Source of the DNA: Bacteriovoracia bacterium
Lineage (GTDB): Bacteria > Bdellovibrionota > UBA1018 > CAIPTA01
Assembly: GCA_050246755.1 (NCBI GenBank)
Contig: JBFWVL010000001.1
Coordinates: 1,504,001-1,568,000, forward strand
DNA: 64,000 nt
Reading direction: 5' to 3'
This document shows positions 42,911 through 53,211 of this stretch, in pieces. Each line of letters opens with the position of its first letter. Position 1 is the stretch's first letter. Under the pieces are notes generated by a model that was given only the letters and a program-made list of their open reading frames with translations, was not told the origin of the DNA and searched no databases. The translations under genes and the position numbers were made by a program.

Positions 42911-44349
42911 AACGCGCAGTGAAATCGAAAGCAAGGCCTAAATCGAAGACTAAGGCTGGCAAGGGCAACCAGCTGAAGCTGATTCTCCTGCCGGAAAAGG
43001 ACGGCCCGCTCGTTCATTTCGAATTCGCTCTCCGTCATGGATCTCTGCGCGATCCCGAGGGAAAAGACGGGGTGGCCTCGCTTACGCTCAGCATGCTTTT
43101 GCGCGGCACCAAAAAAAATAAAGCCGTAGATTTTCACCGCGCGCTCGATAATCTCGGTGGCGAGATTCACCTGGGAAAATACAAAGAATCTCTAAGGATT
43201 CACGGGATGGTTCTCGCCGATAAGTTACCCGCGTTTCTCGACCTGTTCGAGGAAATGTTGGTAGAGCCCGCCTTTGCCGAGGAAGAATTCGCCAAGATCC
43301 GCGAGCAGGTTCGCTCTTCGCTGCTCGATGAGCTTGGCTCCGATGATGATATCGCCGATCGTCGTTTCCAGGAGTATCTACTGTGGGGGAACCTCTACGG
43401 ACGCATGACCTCGGGCAGCCTCGAGACCCTCGATAAAATCACCGTGGCCGATCTTAAAAGGTTTCATCAGGATTTTTTCCGTCGCGAAGATTTCGTGGTG
43501 GGGGCCTCGGGCGGATTCGACAAAAAGCAGCTCGAAAAACGTATTCGCTCTATTCTTTCCCGGCTGCCCGATGGGTCGGCGGGGGTTCTCGATGTTCCCG
43601 GTCCCGAAGTGGGCAAAGGGAAAACCTTGCTCTTGCTCGATAAGCCTGGCCGAACCCAGGCCCAGATCACCGTGGGGTCTTCGGGGATTTCTTTTCAGGA
43701 TAAAGACTATTTCAGCATGCAGATCGCTAACCATGTGTTCGGTGGGGGCTCTTTTAGCGCCCGCCTCATGAAGGAGGTTAGGGAGAAGCGTGGCTGGAGC
43801 TATGGAGCGTATTCCTGGTACCGTTCGGGCAAAAAGCCCCTCTACTTCGCCATGCATGCGGTACCTAGCAATAAGGACTCCGCGGCGGCCCTCGAATTAA
43901 TGATCGAGTTGTTTAGCCAATATTCGAAAAAGGGCATTGATAAGGCGGAGTTCGCTTTTGCTAAACAGAGTTTGGTGAACCAAAGCGCGTTCCTTCAGGA
44001 TACGCTGCGTAAACGCCTGGACAATAAAGTGAGCGAGGCGGTAATGGGGCTGCCGGATGGGTTCTATGATGGGTACCAGAAGCGTATCGAACGTATTACC
44101 TATGGCGGGGTGCAGGGGGCGATACGTCGTCGCGTAGACGCCGGGCGTATTTTCGCGCTCGTGCTAGGCAGTGCGGCTGATTTAAGGGGTGAGCTAACTA
44201 AGCTGAAGGGGTTTACGAAGTTGTGGGAGAGGAAGTTTGATGAGAGTCCATTGGACCTTCAAAAAGTGGACTCGCTTATTTTAGCGCCCCGCCGCGGCGC
44301 GGGTAAAGCAATTTCAAAAAAGCCTAAACGAAAGATTCCGCGTAAATAG
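42907..44349 (+). CDS. M16 protease non-catalytic partner subunit
   Basis: M16 fold without HxxEH (GVASLT..ML.RGT), and SARLMKEVREKRGWSYG; translationally coupled to the catalytic subunit. Confidence 0.9.
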   Translation: MKRAVKSKARPKSKTKAGKGNQLKLILLPEKDGPLVHFEFALRHGSLRDPEGKDGVASLTLSMLLRGTKKNKAVDFHRALDNLGGEIHLGKYKESLRIHGMVLADKLPAFLDLFEEMLVEPAFAEEEFAKIREQVRSSLLDELGSDDDIADRRFQEYLLWGNLYGRMTSGSLETLDKITVADLKRFHQDFFRREDFVVGASGGFDKKQLEKRIRSILSRLPDGSAGVLDVPGPEVGKGKTLLLLDKPGRTQAQITVGSSGISFQDKDYFSMQIANHVFGGGSFSARLMKEVREKRGWSYGAYSWYRSGKKPLYFAMHAVPSNKDSAAALELMIELFSQYSKKGIDKAEFAFAKQSLVNQSAFLQDTLRKRLDNKVSEAVMGLPDGFYDGYQKRIERITYGGVQGAIRRRVDAGRIFALVLGSAADLRGELTKLKGFTKLWERKFDESPLDLQKVDSLILAPRRGAGKAISKKPKRKIPRK

Positions 44350-44492
44350 GTCTGCCATAGGGCTTGGTTTCACACGCTGGAATTCCACCGCAAAATCATG
44401 GGCGTACCTTACCGCCACGACGATAAATTCTTTTGCGGACGCTTCCCCCCGCTCAGCGATTCAGCGTACAATTTTCTTAGGGGGACCTTACG

Positions 44493-47021
44493 ATGAGGGA
44501 CAAAAAGAAGAGTGAAGCAGGAGCTAAGATCGTAGTGCCGATGCTGCCGTTGCGTGAAGTGATCATCTTCCCGCACATGGTAGTGCCGCTTTTCGTTGGA
44601 CGCGAAAAATCCATCGCCGCTCTAGAAGCCGCGATCACACATAAACTGGACCTCTTCCTCTGCGCCCAAAAAGACGCCGGAGTGGTGAACCCGAATGAGG
44701 GAGATCTCTATGAGATCGGAACTCTCGGCACAATTATCCAGCTCGTGAAGCTGCCCGACAATACCGTGAAGGTGTTGGTAGAAGGCAAGCGCCGCGCAAA
44801 AATCTCTGATTACGTGAACAATGATCAGTTCATCCAAGTAGAAGTGAAAGAGCTTCGCGATGATGACGAAGATCCGGTTCGCCAGGAGGCTCTTCTCCGC
44901 GGCGTAAAAAATACTTTTGAAGAATATGTGAAGTTCAATAAGCGCATTCCGCCCGAAGTGGTAATGAATATCAACGGCATCCAGGAGCCCTCACGCCTGG
45001 CCGACGTGGTAGTGGCCCACCTCACGCTGAAGATCGAAGAAAAGCAGCGAATTCTCGAGATCATCAATACCGCCGAACGCTTAGAGCGCATTCTTTCCCT
45101 CATGCAGGGCGAGATCGAAATCCTCCAAGTGGAGCGTAAGATCCGTTCGCGCGTGAAAAAGCAGATGGAGCGCAACCAGAAGGAGTACTACCTCAACGAG
45201 CAGATGAGCGCGATTCAGAAAGAGCTCGGCGAGAAGGACGAATTCAAGGTAGAGCTGGCCGAGATCGAGAAGAAGATCGAGACCAAAAAGCTATCGCGTG
45301 AAGCTCGCGATAAGATCAATAAAGAGTTCCGCAAGCTCAAGATGATGAGCCCTATGAGTGCCGAGGCCACCGTGGTCCGGAACTATATCGACTGGATCCT
45401 CACGCTGCCTTGGGGAGAGTACTCAGAGGATAACTGGGATCTCGATCGTGCCGACGAGGTTCTAAAAGAAGATCACTACGGCCTCGAGGAAGTGCGCGAG
45501 CGCATCCTGGAATATCTCTCGGTTCGTACCCTTACCAAAAACTCGAAAGGTTCGATCCTTTGCTTGGCCGGCCCTCCCGGCGTGGGAAAAACCTCGCTCG
45601 CTCGCTCCATCGCCAGGGCGGTGGGCAAGAATTTTGTCCGTGCCTCTTTGGGCGGAGTGAGAGACGAAGCCGAGATTCGCGGCCACCGCCGTACCTACGT
45701 GGGAGCATTGCCCGGTAAGCTGATCCAGTCCTTGAAAAAAGCCGGAACGGCGAATCCCGTATTTCTCCTCGATGAGATCGATAAAATGAGCAACGATTTC
45801 CGTGGCGATCCCGCCTCGGCGCTGCTCGAAGTTCTCGATCCTGAGCAGAACGCCGCTTTTATGGACCATTACCTCGAAGTGGAGTTCGACCTTTCGAAAG
45901 TAATGTTCGTGCTTACGGCGAACTCGCTCCACCAGATCCCGCGGCCGCTTCTCGACCGTATGGAAGTGATCACGATTCCTGGCTACACCATGAACGAGAA
46001 GCTCCACATTGGGCAGAAGTACCTACTGCCCAAGCAAGTTGAGCTCCACGGGCTTGGCAAGGGTCAGCTGGTTATTCCGGACGACACCATGAAATCTCTC
46101 GTGATGGGTTATACTCGCGAAGCCGGTGTCCGTAACCTCGAGCGTGAGCTTGCCGGTGTTTGCCGTAAGGTTGCGCATGAACTAGTGCGCAAAATGGGCA
46201 AGGCGGGTCAAGTGAGTAGCCTCAAGGAATCCGGCAAAGATAAGAAAAAGAAGAGCAGCAAAGCGGCCGACGTTGCCAGCGAAAAGGTGATTGTTACCGA
46301 AAAGATGCTCGAAAAATACTTGGGCGTGGCTCGTTACTCGATCTCGAAAACGGAAGAAATTGCCGAAATCGGATTGGCGAACGGATTGGCTTGGACGGAA
46401 TCGGGCGGCGATCTCTTGCAGATCGAAGTGGCGGTTCTTCCCGGCAAAGGCAGCCTGAAGGTTACGGGTAAGCTCGGCGACGTGATGCAGGAGTCTGCCC
46501 AGGCGGCTTTCTCCTACGTGCGCTCCCGTGCGGCTCTGATCGGGCTGGCTCCGGATTTTCACGATAAGATCGATATCCATTTGCACGTACCGGAAGGTGC
46601 GACGCCTAAGGATGGGCCTTCGGCGGGAATTACGATGGCGACAGCCCTTACTTCAGCCTTCATGCGCGTGCCGGTAAAACGGAACGTGGCCATGACGGGG
46701 GAGATAACCCTGCGCGGAAGAGTTCTGCCGATCGGTGGCTTGAAAGAAAAGCTCATCGCGGCGAAGCTCGGCGGCGCAAACGTGATCATCATCCCGAAAG
46801 AGAACGAGAAGGATCTGGCCAAGATGTCGAAAGAAATCCTAGATGGCCTCGAGATCCATCCCGTAACTCACGCCGATGAGGTGCTCCGTTTGGCTCTCGA
46901 AGTGCCGGACGCGAAGAACTTCATGAAACCCAAAGACGTGATTGAAGCCGAAGCCGCTCAAGCGAAAGAACTGGCTAAAAAAAAGAGCGGACAGGGCGGA
47001 GTACCGAGCGTAGCTCACTAG
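44493..47021 (+). CDS. lon: ATP-dependent protease La
   Basis: LON N-domain (PLFVGREKS), [31 protein letters not shown]. Confidence 0.98.
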   Translation: MRDKKKSEAGAKIVVPMLPLREVIIFPHMVVPLFVGREKSIAALEAAITHKLDLFLCAQKDAGVVNPNEGDLYEIGTLGTIIQLVKLPDNTVKVLVEGKRRAKISDYVNNDQFIQVEVKELRDDDEDPVRQEALLRGVKNTFEEYVKFNKRIPPEVVMNINGIQEPSRLADVVVAHLTLKIEEKQRILEIINTAERLERILSLMQGEIEILQVERKIRSRVKKQMERNQKEYYLNEQMSAIQKELGEKDEFKVELAEIEKKIETKKLSREARDKINKEFRKLKMMSPMSAEATVVRNYIDWILTLPWGEYSEDNWDLDRADEVLKEDHYGLEEVRERILEYLSVRTLTKNSKGSILCLAGPPGVGKTSLARSIARAVGKNFVRASLGGVRDEAEIRGHRRTYVGALPGKLIQSLKKAGTANPVFLLDEIDKMSNDFRGDPASALLEVLDPEQNAAFMDHYLEVEFDLSKVMFVLTANSLHQIPRPLLDRMEVITIPGYTMNEKLHIGQKYLLPKQVELHGLGKGQLVIPDDTMKSLVMGYTREAGVRNLERELAGVCRKVAHELVRKMGKAGQVSSLKESGKDKKKKSSKAADVASEKVIVTEKMLEKYLGVARYSISKTEEIAEIGLANGLAWTESGGDLLQIEVAVLPGKGSLKVTGKLGDVMQESAQAAFSYVRSRAALIGLAPDFHDKIDIHLHVPEGATPKDGPSAGITMATALTSAFMRVPVKRNVAMTGEITLRGRVLPIGGLKEKLIAAKLGGANVIIIPKENEKDLAKMSKEILDGLEIHPVTHADEVLRLALEVPDAKNFMKPKDVIEAEAAQAKELAKKKSGQGGVPSVAH

Positions 47022-47059
47022 AAACCGGAGAGTCTCCGGGCTCGAGTACTTAAAAATAG

Positions 47060-47091
47060 AAAAGGCAGGGTGAAAACCCTGCCTTTTTTTT
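47060..47091 (+). terminator. Intrinsic terminator after lon
   Basis: AAAAGGCAGGGT-GAAA-ACCCTGCC followed by a T8 tract. Confidence 0.88.
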
Positions 47092-47115
47092 GGTAAGTAA
47101 GAGAGCAGTACAAAA

Positions 47116-49200
47116 ATGATTTTAACCACCATCCTACTGACCTCCCTCCAAGTGATAGGCAACCCTGTGCTGGCGCTGGTGCTTGGGCAGTCGGGTCTAG
47201 TCCCTCTCCTGATTCTCCTGGCCTCCTACCTTGGAATGGCGGCCGGGGCGGGAAAGTATTTTCCGGCTCCTAACAAATACCTATTTTTGATTCTTGGGCT
47301 AAGTGTGATCGGGGTAGGGATGATTCTCGCCTTCGACGGCACCCTTTTCTTCCGCGCGGGAATTTCCTATTTGGTGGCCGCGCTGTTTTTCCTCGTAACC
47401 GCCGTGGCCGGCTGGCTTTTGCGGGGTGAATTATACGACAGAAATACGGGCCTTTCCTTTTCGCAGAAATATTCACTCTTGAATTTCTGCGGGGCCGCGA
47501 CCATATTACTCGCCACGATTTCCGTTCACTATTTAGGGATCGCTTGGAATCTTTTAGCGCTGGGGTTATTCCTCGCCGCCAATTTTTTCCGGAATTTCGA
47601 AAAATCGACTTCGCAACCAGAGAAACGAAATACCGAGTTAGGGAAAACCATACTTCTCGGGGCGATGAGCGCCGGATATCTGGTGGTATTTTTCCAATTT
47701 TCCGAAGCCGCCTCGATTCGCTACGGCTACGGGTATTATGTCTATCTTTTTGCAACCTTCCTGTTCCTGGGTCTATCGCGTCCCTTACTCAGGGGTTCCG
47801 AGTTTTTGAAAATTCGTTTTCCCTCTCTGCTGTTCGTGCAGCTGGGATTCCTCCTCCTCGCATTGCTATTGATTCTTTTGGCGGGCACTCGGAATCTCGT
47901 GGGACCCTTGGTAGATCCCATCTGGGTTTATTCTTTGCTTCCGGCTCCTCTGCGGCACCACGTGTTCTTGTCCTCGGCCCTCTTGCTGCTTCTTCTCGCG
48001 CCCTACTTATTTTTCGCCGCGATCGTGCCGGCTAGAGAAAAAGAGGCTCCCGGGCACAACCATCTCTTTGCCTGCTTGGCGGGTAATCTCATCGGTTTGA
48101 TTCTGTTCCAGTGCGCGGCGATGGCCTTCGGCTACTGGATGCTCGTATTTTTGGTGGCCACGATCCTGTTACTCTACACGCGCTATTTCTATCGAGCGGA
48201 ACGAAGGTACGTATTCGGCAGTCGAGTTCTTTTCTTGCCGCTCGTGCTGATGCCTTTCGCGGTGGAAAGGGGCGTGGCCGTTTTGAACCTCCGGCTTTGG
48301 CCCATTTACTGGAACGCGGGCATGAAGAGCGACGAATATATTGCGGGCTACCTAAAGAATATTCCCGAATCGAATACCTTGATCAACTATGAGAATAACT
48401 ATCGGGGTATCCCCACCATAATCGCGACGCAGGCCGGAAAAACGTTCTTATCGCTGGGAGGCTATACTTCCTTTCTTTCTTCGGCAGGCGACGAAAAGAA
48501 AGGCGATCTCGTAGCGGACTACGCCATGAGGGCGAGACCGCGCAAAATCCTCCTTCTTGGGCTGGGTAATCATATCGTGCTCGCTCGAACCGTGAGTGCC
48601 ATGCAGAAGCATAAGTTGCCCTACGAGATCTCGGTGGTGGATAACTACCTGCCGTTTAGGGAGGAAGGAATCAGGAAAGTGGTAGGTGGGGGAAATGGAT
48701 TTTCCTGGAATGATCCGGCGGTAAGTTTTATTTCGGCCGATGCCGTGAACTATCTGGCGGAAAATAGAGGCGCCTTCGATCTGGTGATTTGGAACTTAGC
48801 CTATTCCGCGCACCCCTCCGGAATGAAGTTATTCACCCGAGAATTTTCGGCCCTAATTCGCGACTCGCTAAAAAGCGGAGGAGCATTCGTTGGGCAGATC
48901 AATGGAATTTCCGCCCTCGACTGTGCCGTGTTTCATTCTTTTCCGAGGGTGCACGCATTTTCTTTCGGAGATTTTCCTCCGCCCGCGATTGCGAGCAAAT
49001 CGGGCAATGCAATCGGCCACCTTCCCGATGTGAGCCTGGTTGATCTGTCGAGCTGCGCTGATTCCTCGCCCCTGACTTTCAGCAGCGTTCACGAGACGTT
49101 CCAGCCCGATCATTTCGAAGAAATGCGCAGGACTTTTGCGCGCCTGCGCTGTCCGATCGAGCAATACTTGGATGCCAAGAAGACGGCGGAGCTCTATTGA
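47116..49200 (+). CDS. Membrane-bound spermidine-synthase-like / SAM-dependent transferase fusion
   Basis: About 12 TM helices followed by a Rossmann domain (KILLLGLG, VVDN, ADAVNYL, FDLVI, LFTREF, LKSGG). Confidence 0.7.
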   Translation: MILTTILLTSLQVIGNPVLALVLGQSGLVPLLILLASYLGMAAGAGKYFPAPNKYLFLILGLSVIGVGMILAFDGTLFFRAGISYLVAALFFLVTAVAGWLLRGELYDRNTGLSFSQKYSLLNFCGAATILLATISVHYLGIAWNLLALGLFLAANFFRNFEKSTSQPEKRNTELGKTILLGAMSAGYLVVFFQFSEAASIRYGYGYYVYLFATFLFLGLSRPLLRGSEFLKIRFPSLLFVQLGFLLLALLLILLAGTRNLVGPLVDPIWVYSLLPAPLRHHVFLSSALLLLLLAPYLFFAAIVPAREKEAPGHNHLFACLAGNLIGLILFQCAAMAFGYWMLVFLVATILLLYTRYFYRAERRYVFGSRVLFLPLVLMPFAVERGVAVLNLRLWPIYWNAGMKSDEYIAGYLKNIPESNTLINYENNYRGIPTIIATQAGKTFLSLGGYTSFLSSAGDEKKGDLVADYAMRARPRKILLLGLGNHIVLARTVSAMQKHKLPYEISVVDNYLPFREEGIRKVVGGGNGFSWNDPAVSFISADAVNYLAENRGAFDLVIWNLAYSAHPSGMKLFTREFSALIRDSLKSGGAFVGQINGISALDCAVFHSFPRVHAFSFGDFPPPAIASKSGNAIGHLPDVSLVDLSSCADSSPLTFSSVHETFQPDHFEEMRRTFARLRCPIEQYLDAKKTAELY

Positions 49201-50327
49201 GTGATGCTTTTCATCCTGTTTCTCAGTCTTTTGGTATTAGCCTCGGTGGCTAGAGAAAATAAATGGCCGCAAGCGATGGTGAATAAGAAAATGAAGGTCG
49301 CCACGATCAGATTAGGCAAGCTCGGCGAGAACTTTTCGATGGGTGAAATCAGCGCGCGGATAAAAACTAAAATCGGCAGGTGCACCACGTAAAGCGAGAA
49401 AGAAAAACCGGCAATGAGCCGCGCGAATCTTGTATATGCCGCTGGTAAGGTTTGGTTATCGAGCATAATGAGGCCGAGCACCAGTGCCCACGTAAAGAAT
49501 CCGGTGATGAAATCTGCATTGAATTCCCCGATGCGCGGGTACAGGGGCCTAATTGCGAAGATTCCCAGGCTAAATAGAGAAATAAGTCTCAGGCCAAGCG
49601 ACTTCCTTCCTAGAATCCAAGATCTAGTGGAGAGGACGAGCGCCAGCACGCCGAGCAACCAGATGGCGAATCTGGCGAGAATCAGGTTATGAAAAATATA
49701 ATTGTATGCCCAAAGCAAGAAAGCAGCTGACAACAGTTTGGGCAGAATTTTTTTGCGAAAAAATAACACGAGCAGAGCTCCAAAAACGGCGTAGTACCAA
49801 AATTCGTAGGTAAGGCTCCAGAGCGCAGAATTGGAGCCAAAGATCGAGCTGCGAATCCCCTGAAGAAATAGCAGAGTGCCGATAAAGCCGTTCCAGCCAT
49901 ATTGCTCGGCGATCACGAAGCCATAGAACTGCTCCATTGGAGCATAATAAAAAGGAGCGGTGCGAGGGATGTTCATGCCCGCGTAGTCGAGGATCGCGGT
50001 GAGAAGGAGCCCGGGGATCACCACAATATAGAGACGGCTGAGGCGCCGCGCGGCGAAGTGAACGATCGAGAATTCGACGAGGGGCCCCCGGCTCACGCTC
50101 GCGGCAATCCAAAAGCCACTCAGTACGAAGAATACGATTACGGCGATATGGCCGAAAGAGGACAAATAGTAGAAAAACGTCAAAAAAAGCCCGGGATGCT
50201 CCAGGCTCTCGAAGGGCGGGAAAAATAGATAACGGAGGTGGCCGGCCACCACCAAGATGGAAGCGAGTCCTCTCAGGAAGTCCAGATGAACCGATGTGGA
50301 GAAGGGTAATTTCACTTTACTGGCCAC
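49194..50327 (-). CDS. Acyltransferase_3 (OafA-like) membrane O-acyltransferase
   Basis: LDFLRGLA, VIVFFVLSGF, RRLSRLY, WSLTYEFWYY, SFSLYVVHLP. Confidence 0.9.
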   Translation of the reverse strand: MASKVKLPFSTSVHLDFLRGLASILVVAGHLRYLFFPPFESLEHPGLFLTFFYYLSSFGHIAVIVFFVLSGFWIAASVSRGPLVEFSIVHFAARRLSRLYIVVIPGLLLTAILDYAGMNIPRTAPFYYAPMEQFYGFVIAEQYGWNGFIGTLLFLQGIRSSIFGSNSALWSLTYEFWYYAVFGALLVLFFRKKILPKLLSAAFLLWAYNYIFHNLILARFAIWLLGVLALVLSTRSWILGRKSLGLRLISLFSLGIFAIRPLYPRIGEFNADFITGFFTWALVLGLIMLDNQTLPAAYTRFARLIAGFSFSLYVVHLPILVFIRALISPIEKFSPSLPNLIVATFIFLFTIACGHLFSLATEANTKRLRNRMKSITQ

Positions 50328-50352
50328 TGCTAACCAACAACGGCCAACCGAA

Positions 50353-52152
50353 CTAGGGGTTCTTTAGCTTACGTTTACGAATTCTCACGTGCTTTGGCGT
50401 TACTTCTACGATTTCGTCATCGCCGATCCATTCGAGCGAGCGCTCGAGGGTCATATCCCGGGGAGTGGAAAGCGTGGTGGCTTCGTCGGTTCCGGAAGCG
50501 CGCATGTTCGTGAGCTTCTTCGTCTTGTTGGCGTTCACCCAGAGATCGTTGGCCCGGGCGTTTTCCCCGATGATCATGCCTTCGTAGGTCTCCGTGCCAG
50601 CACCGATAAATAGCGTACCGCGAGGCTGGAGATGAAAGAGGCCATAGGGAGCCGTCATGCCGCTGGCGTCGGCCACGATGGCGCCGTTCTGACGTTCCGG
50701 GATATCGCCCTTATAGGGCTCGTAGCCGTGGAAAATCGTGTTCAGGATTCCCGTGCCGCGCGTGGCGGTGAGGAAGTGTGAACGAATGCCGATGAGCCCG
50801 CGAGACGGGATTTCGTATTCAATGCGAACGCGGCCCGAGCCTTTGTTCACCATATTGATCATTTTGCCTTTGCGCACGCACATCATTTCGTTCACGACGC
50901 CGAAGTGATCTTCCGGAACGTCGATATAGGCCTTCTCGATCGGCTCGAGCACTTCGCCATTTTCTTTTTTTAATACGGCCTTGGGTTTGCCCACGGCCAC
51001 TTCGAAGCCCTCACGGCGAATGGCCTCCACGATCACGGCCAGCTGAAGCTCGCCGCGGCCGGATACCAAAAATTCGTCTGGGTAAGCGGTGGGTTCCACG
51101 CGGATGGCGGGATTGCGGAGCTCTTCTTTTTTTAGTCGATTCAATAGCTCACGAGAGAGCAGAACTTTGCCCTCGCGGCCAGCCATAGGGGAGGAGTTCA
51201 CCAGGAAGCCCATGTTTACGGCCGGGGGATCTACTTCGATCCGGGGAAGTGCGGTCATGTTTTCGAGGGTGGTGATCGTATCGCCGATCTCTACGGCTTC
51301 CACGCCGGCGATAGCGGCCACGTCTCCGGCCAGCATCACTTCAGCCTTTACTTGCTTTGCGCCTTGGTAGGTCATGAGTTCTTGGATGCGCGCGGTGGTG
51401 CGCTTGCCGTTTTTGCCGAGGATGGCTACGGGCATACCTACTTTTACCGAACCCTGTTGGATGCGGCCTACTACGATACGGCCCAAGAAGTCAGAGTGGG
51501 AAAGGTTGCTCACCACCATCGCGAAGGGCTTATCGTTATCCACTTTTGGAGCGGGTACCACTCGCACGATAGTATCGAAAAGAGGTTCGAGATTGCCGGT
51601 CCAGGAAAGAGCTTCGGTATGATTTTCCGGGCGTTTCGTGGTGGCAAAGCCGTTACGAGCGATCGCGTATATGGTTTCGTAATTCATTTGGTCTTCAACG
51701 GCATCGAGGTCGATGAAAAGATCGAAGATCTCGTTTTCTACTTCGCCAATCCGGGAGTCGGGACGGTCGATTTTGTTGATAACCACGATTACTTTAAGGC
51801 CCTTTTCGAGGGCTTTGTTTAGTACGAAGCGGGTTTGGGGCAGGGGGCCCTCGGAAGCGTCCACGAGGAGGAGGCAGCCGTCGCACATCGTAAGAATCCG
51901 CTCTACTTCTCCGCCGAAATCGGCGTGGCCGGGCGTGTCAACGATGTTTACCTTCGTTCCCTTCCAAGTAAAGGAAGCATTTTTGGCCTCAATCGTGATC
52001 CCACGTTCTTTTTCCTGGTCCATAGAGTCCATAAGGCGCTCTGCGACGGCTTCGTTCTCACGAAATACGCCGGACTGCTTAAGCAGTGCGTCTACGAGGG
52101 TAGTTTTGCCATGGTCTACGTGCGCGATGATCGCGATATTACGAATATTCAT
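50353..52152 (-). CDS. typA: Translational GTPase TypA/BipA
   Basis: [43 protein letters not shown]. Confidence 0.97.
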   Translation of the reverse strand: MNIRNIAIIAHVDHGKTTLVDALLKQSGVFRENEAVAERLMDSMDQEKERGITIEAKNASFTWKGTKVNIVDTPGHADFGGEVERILTMCDGCLLLVDASEGPLPQTRFVLNKALEKGLKVIVVINKIDRPDSRIGEVENEIFDLFIDLDAVEDQMNYETIYAIARNGFATTKRPENHTEALSWTGNLEPLFDTIVRVVPAPKVDNDKPFAMVVSNLSHSDFLGRIVVGRIQQGSVKVGMPVAILGKNGKRTTARIQELMTYQGAKQVKAEVMLAGDVAAIAGVEAVEIGDTITTLENMTALPRIEVDPPAVNMGFLVNSSPMAGREGKVLLSRELLNRLKKEELRNPAIRVEPTAYPDEFLVSGRGELQLAVIVEAIRREGFEVAVGKPKAVLKKENGEVLEPIEKAYIDVPEDHFGVVNEMMCVRKGKMINMVNKGSGRVRIEYEIPSRGLIGIRSHFLTATRGTGILNTIFHGYEPYKGDIPERQNGAIVADASGMTAPYGLFHLQPRGTLFIGAGTETYEGMIIGENARANDLWVNANKTKKLTNMRASGTDEATTLSTPRDMTLERSLEWIGDDEIVEVTPKHVRIRKRKLKNP

Positions 52153-52263
52153 ATGAGGGTCCTAAAAAAAGTGGGTTCTAGGCTTATAGCGTCTTTTGCC
52201 CAGCAGAGCTACAAATGGTTGACGAGAAAGCGGTTTGATTGGTAACAAGACCAGACCAACCGA

Positions 52264-52339
52264 GGGCGCTTAGCTCAGTTGGCAGAGCGCCACCCTTACA
52301 AGGTGGATGTCGCAGGTTCGACCCCTGCAGCGCCCACCA
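52264..52339 (+). tRNA. tRNA-Val(TAC)
   Basis: GGGCGCT/AGCGCCC acceptor stem, TAGCTCAGTTGG, CCACC-CTTACAA-GGTGG anticodon arm, GGTTCGACCCC, ACCA end; 76 nt. Confidence 0.97.
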
Positions 52340-52460
52340 TACCAATACAATTCCCCCGATTACTTCGTTGCCTTACTCGCGCCCCGTTCCGGCGTACTAA
52401 AGTACGCCTCACGGTTGCGCTCCGTCGTCGCCTCGTCTCGGGGGAATTGTATTGGTATGG
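52337..52460. repeat. 124-bp hairpin element with perfect 23-bp terminal inverted repeats (MITE/REP-like)
   Basis: CCATACCAATACAATTCCCCCGA (52337-52359) is the reverse complement of 52438-52460; central palindrome GGCGTACT-AA-AGTACGCC at 52391-52408. Confidence 0.85.
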
Positions 52461-52607
52461 ACCGAACATTTGTTGGGGTCGAAAAGGAGGAGCGACCTGC
52501 GGTGATATCGCGCGAGCGATTTCGCGAAGGGAAGAAAACCCGGAAGGTTTTCTTGGCGACGAAGGAGGGCCCGCGCAGGGAGAGGCAGGAGCCTCAACCG
52601 TAGTGGG

Positions 52608-52629
52608 CGACCCCTGCAGCGCCCACCAT
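52608..52629 (+). repeat. 22-bp direct repeat of the tRNA-Val 3' end (att-like)
   Basis: CGACCCCTGCAGCGCCCACCAT is identical at 52319-52340 and 52608-52629. Confidence 0.92.
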
Positions 52630-52682
52630 CACCAAAGCCAGAGAACCTGGATTTGTTTCCACGGTAAGTGTAAAATTCAGCC

Positions 52683-53144
52683 ATGAGAAAAATTGCTATA
52701 GTTGGTCTTGGCTTAAATTTTTTCAGCCCATTTGCATTGGCAGATAATCATACTGTTCATTGTTTTATCGGTGTGGGTGCCAACGAAAATATGTCTGGGC
52801 AAATTAAAAATCTTTCGGGCACGGACAATGTTTATTTAGAAAAAAGCATCACTCCTCCGGATAAGGGAGAAGTAACGCTCACAAATAAAGATGAACGCTT
52901 TTCCTACTTTGTTAAATTTGCCAACGGCAAAGTAGATTATATGGCGCTGAGGGATGAAAAGGTTGGAATTAACGCCAGTAGAACTGGTGGTGCTGTAAAG
53001 GTGCCCAAAGACGAAGCTTTGGCTGTGATATTGCGGAAAGATTTGACTAGCAAAGCCGGAGAGAAAATCGAGTTCAGCCAATTAAGCTGTGCTGGGGAAT
53101 CGCTATTCAAAAAGATGCTGTCTAGAGCCAAGAAAAAAGAATAA
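52683..53144 (+). CDS. Secreted hypothetical protein (AT-rich, likely acquired)
   Basis: Signal peptide ..FSPFALA, two Cys, and visibly more AT-rich than the flanking core genes. Confidence 0.75.
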   Translation: MRKIAIVGLGLNFFSPFALADNHTVHCFIGVGANENMSGQIKNLSGTDNVYLEKSITPPDKGEVTLTNKDERFSYFVKFANGKVDYMALRDEKVGINASRTGGAVKVPKDEALAVILRKDLTSKAGEKIEFSQLSCAGESLFKKMLSRAKKKE

Positions 53145-53211
53145 AAGTTGGGAACAATTTTTATTACGAAATTCCGAATATTGAGCTGATCACAGCAGAA
53201 ATTTCGACGGG

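Noticed and set aside
44389-44438. CCGCAAAA/TTTTGCGG inverted repeat upstream of lon
   Set aside because: Only 8 bp with a long spacer and no match to CIRCE; it could be chance.
52279-52686. ORFs 52279..52686, 52307..52603 and 52409..52684
   Set aside because: They overlap tRNA-Val and the structured repeats and are not protein-like.
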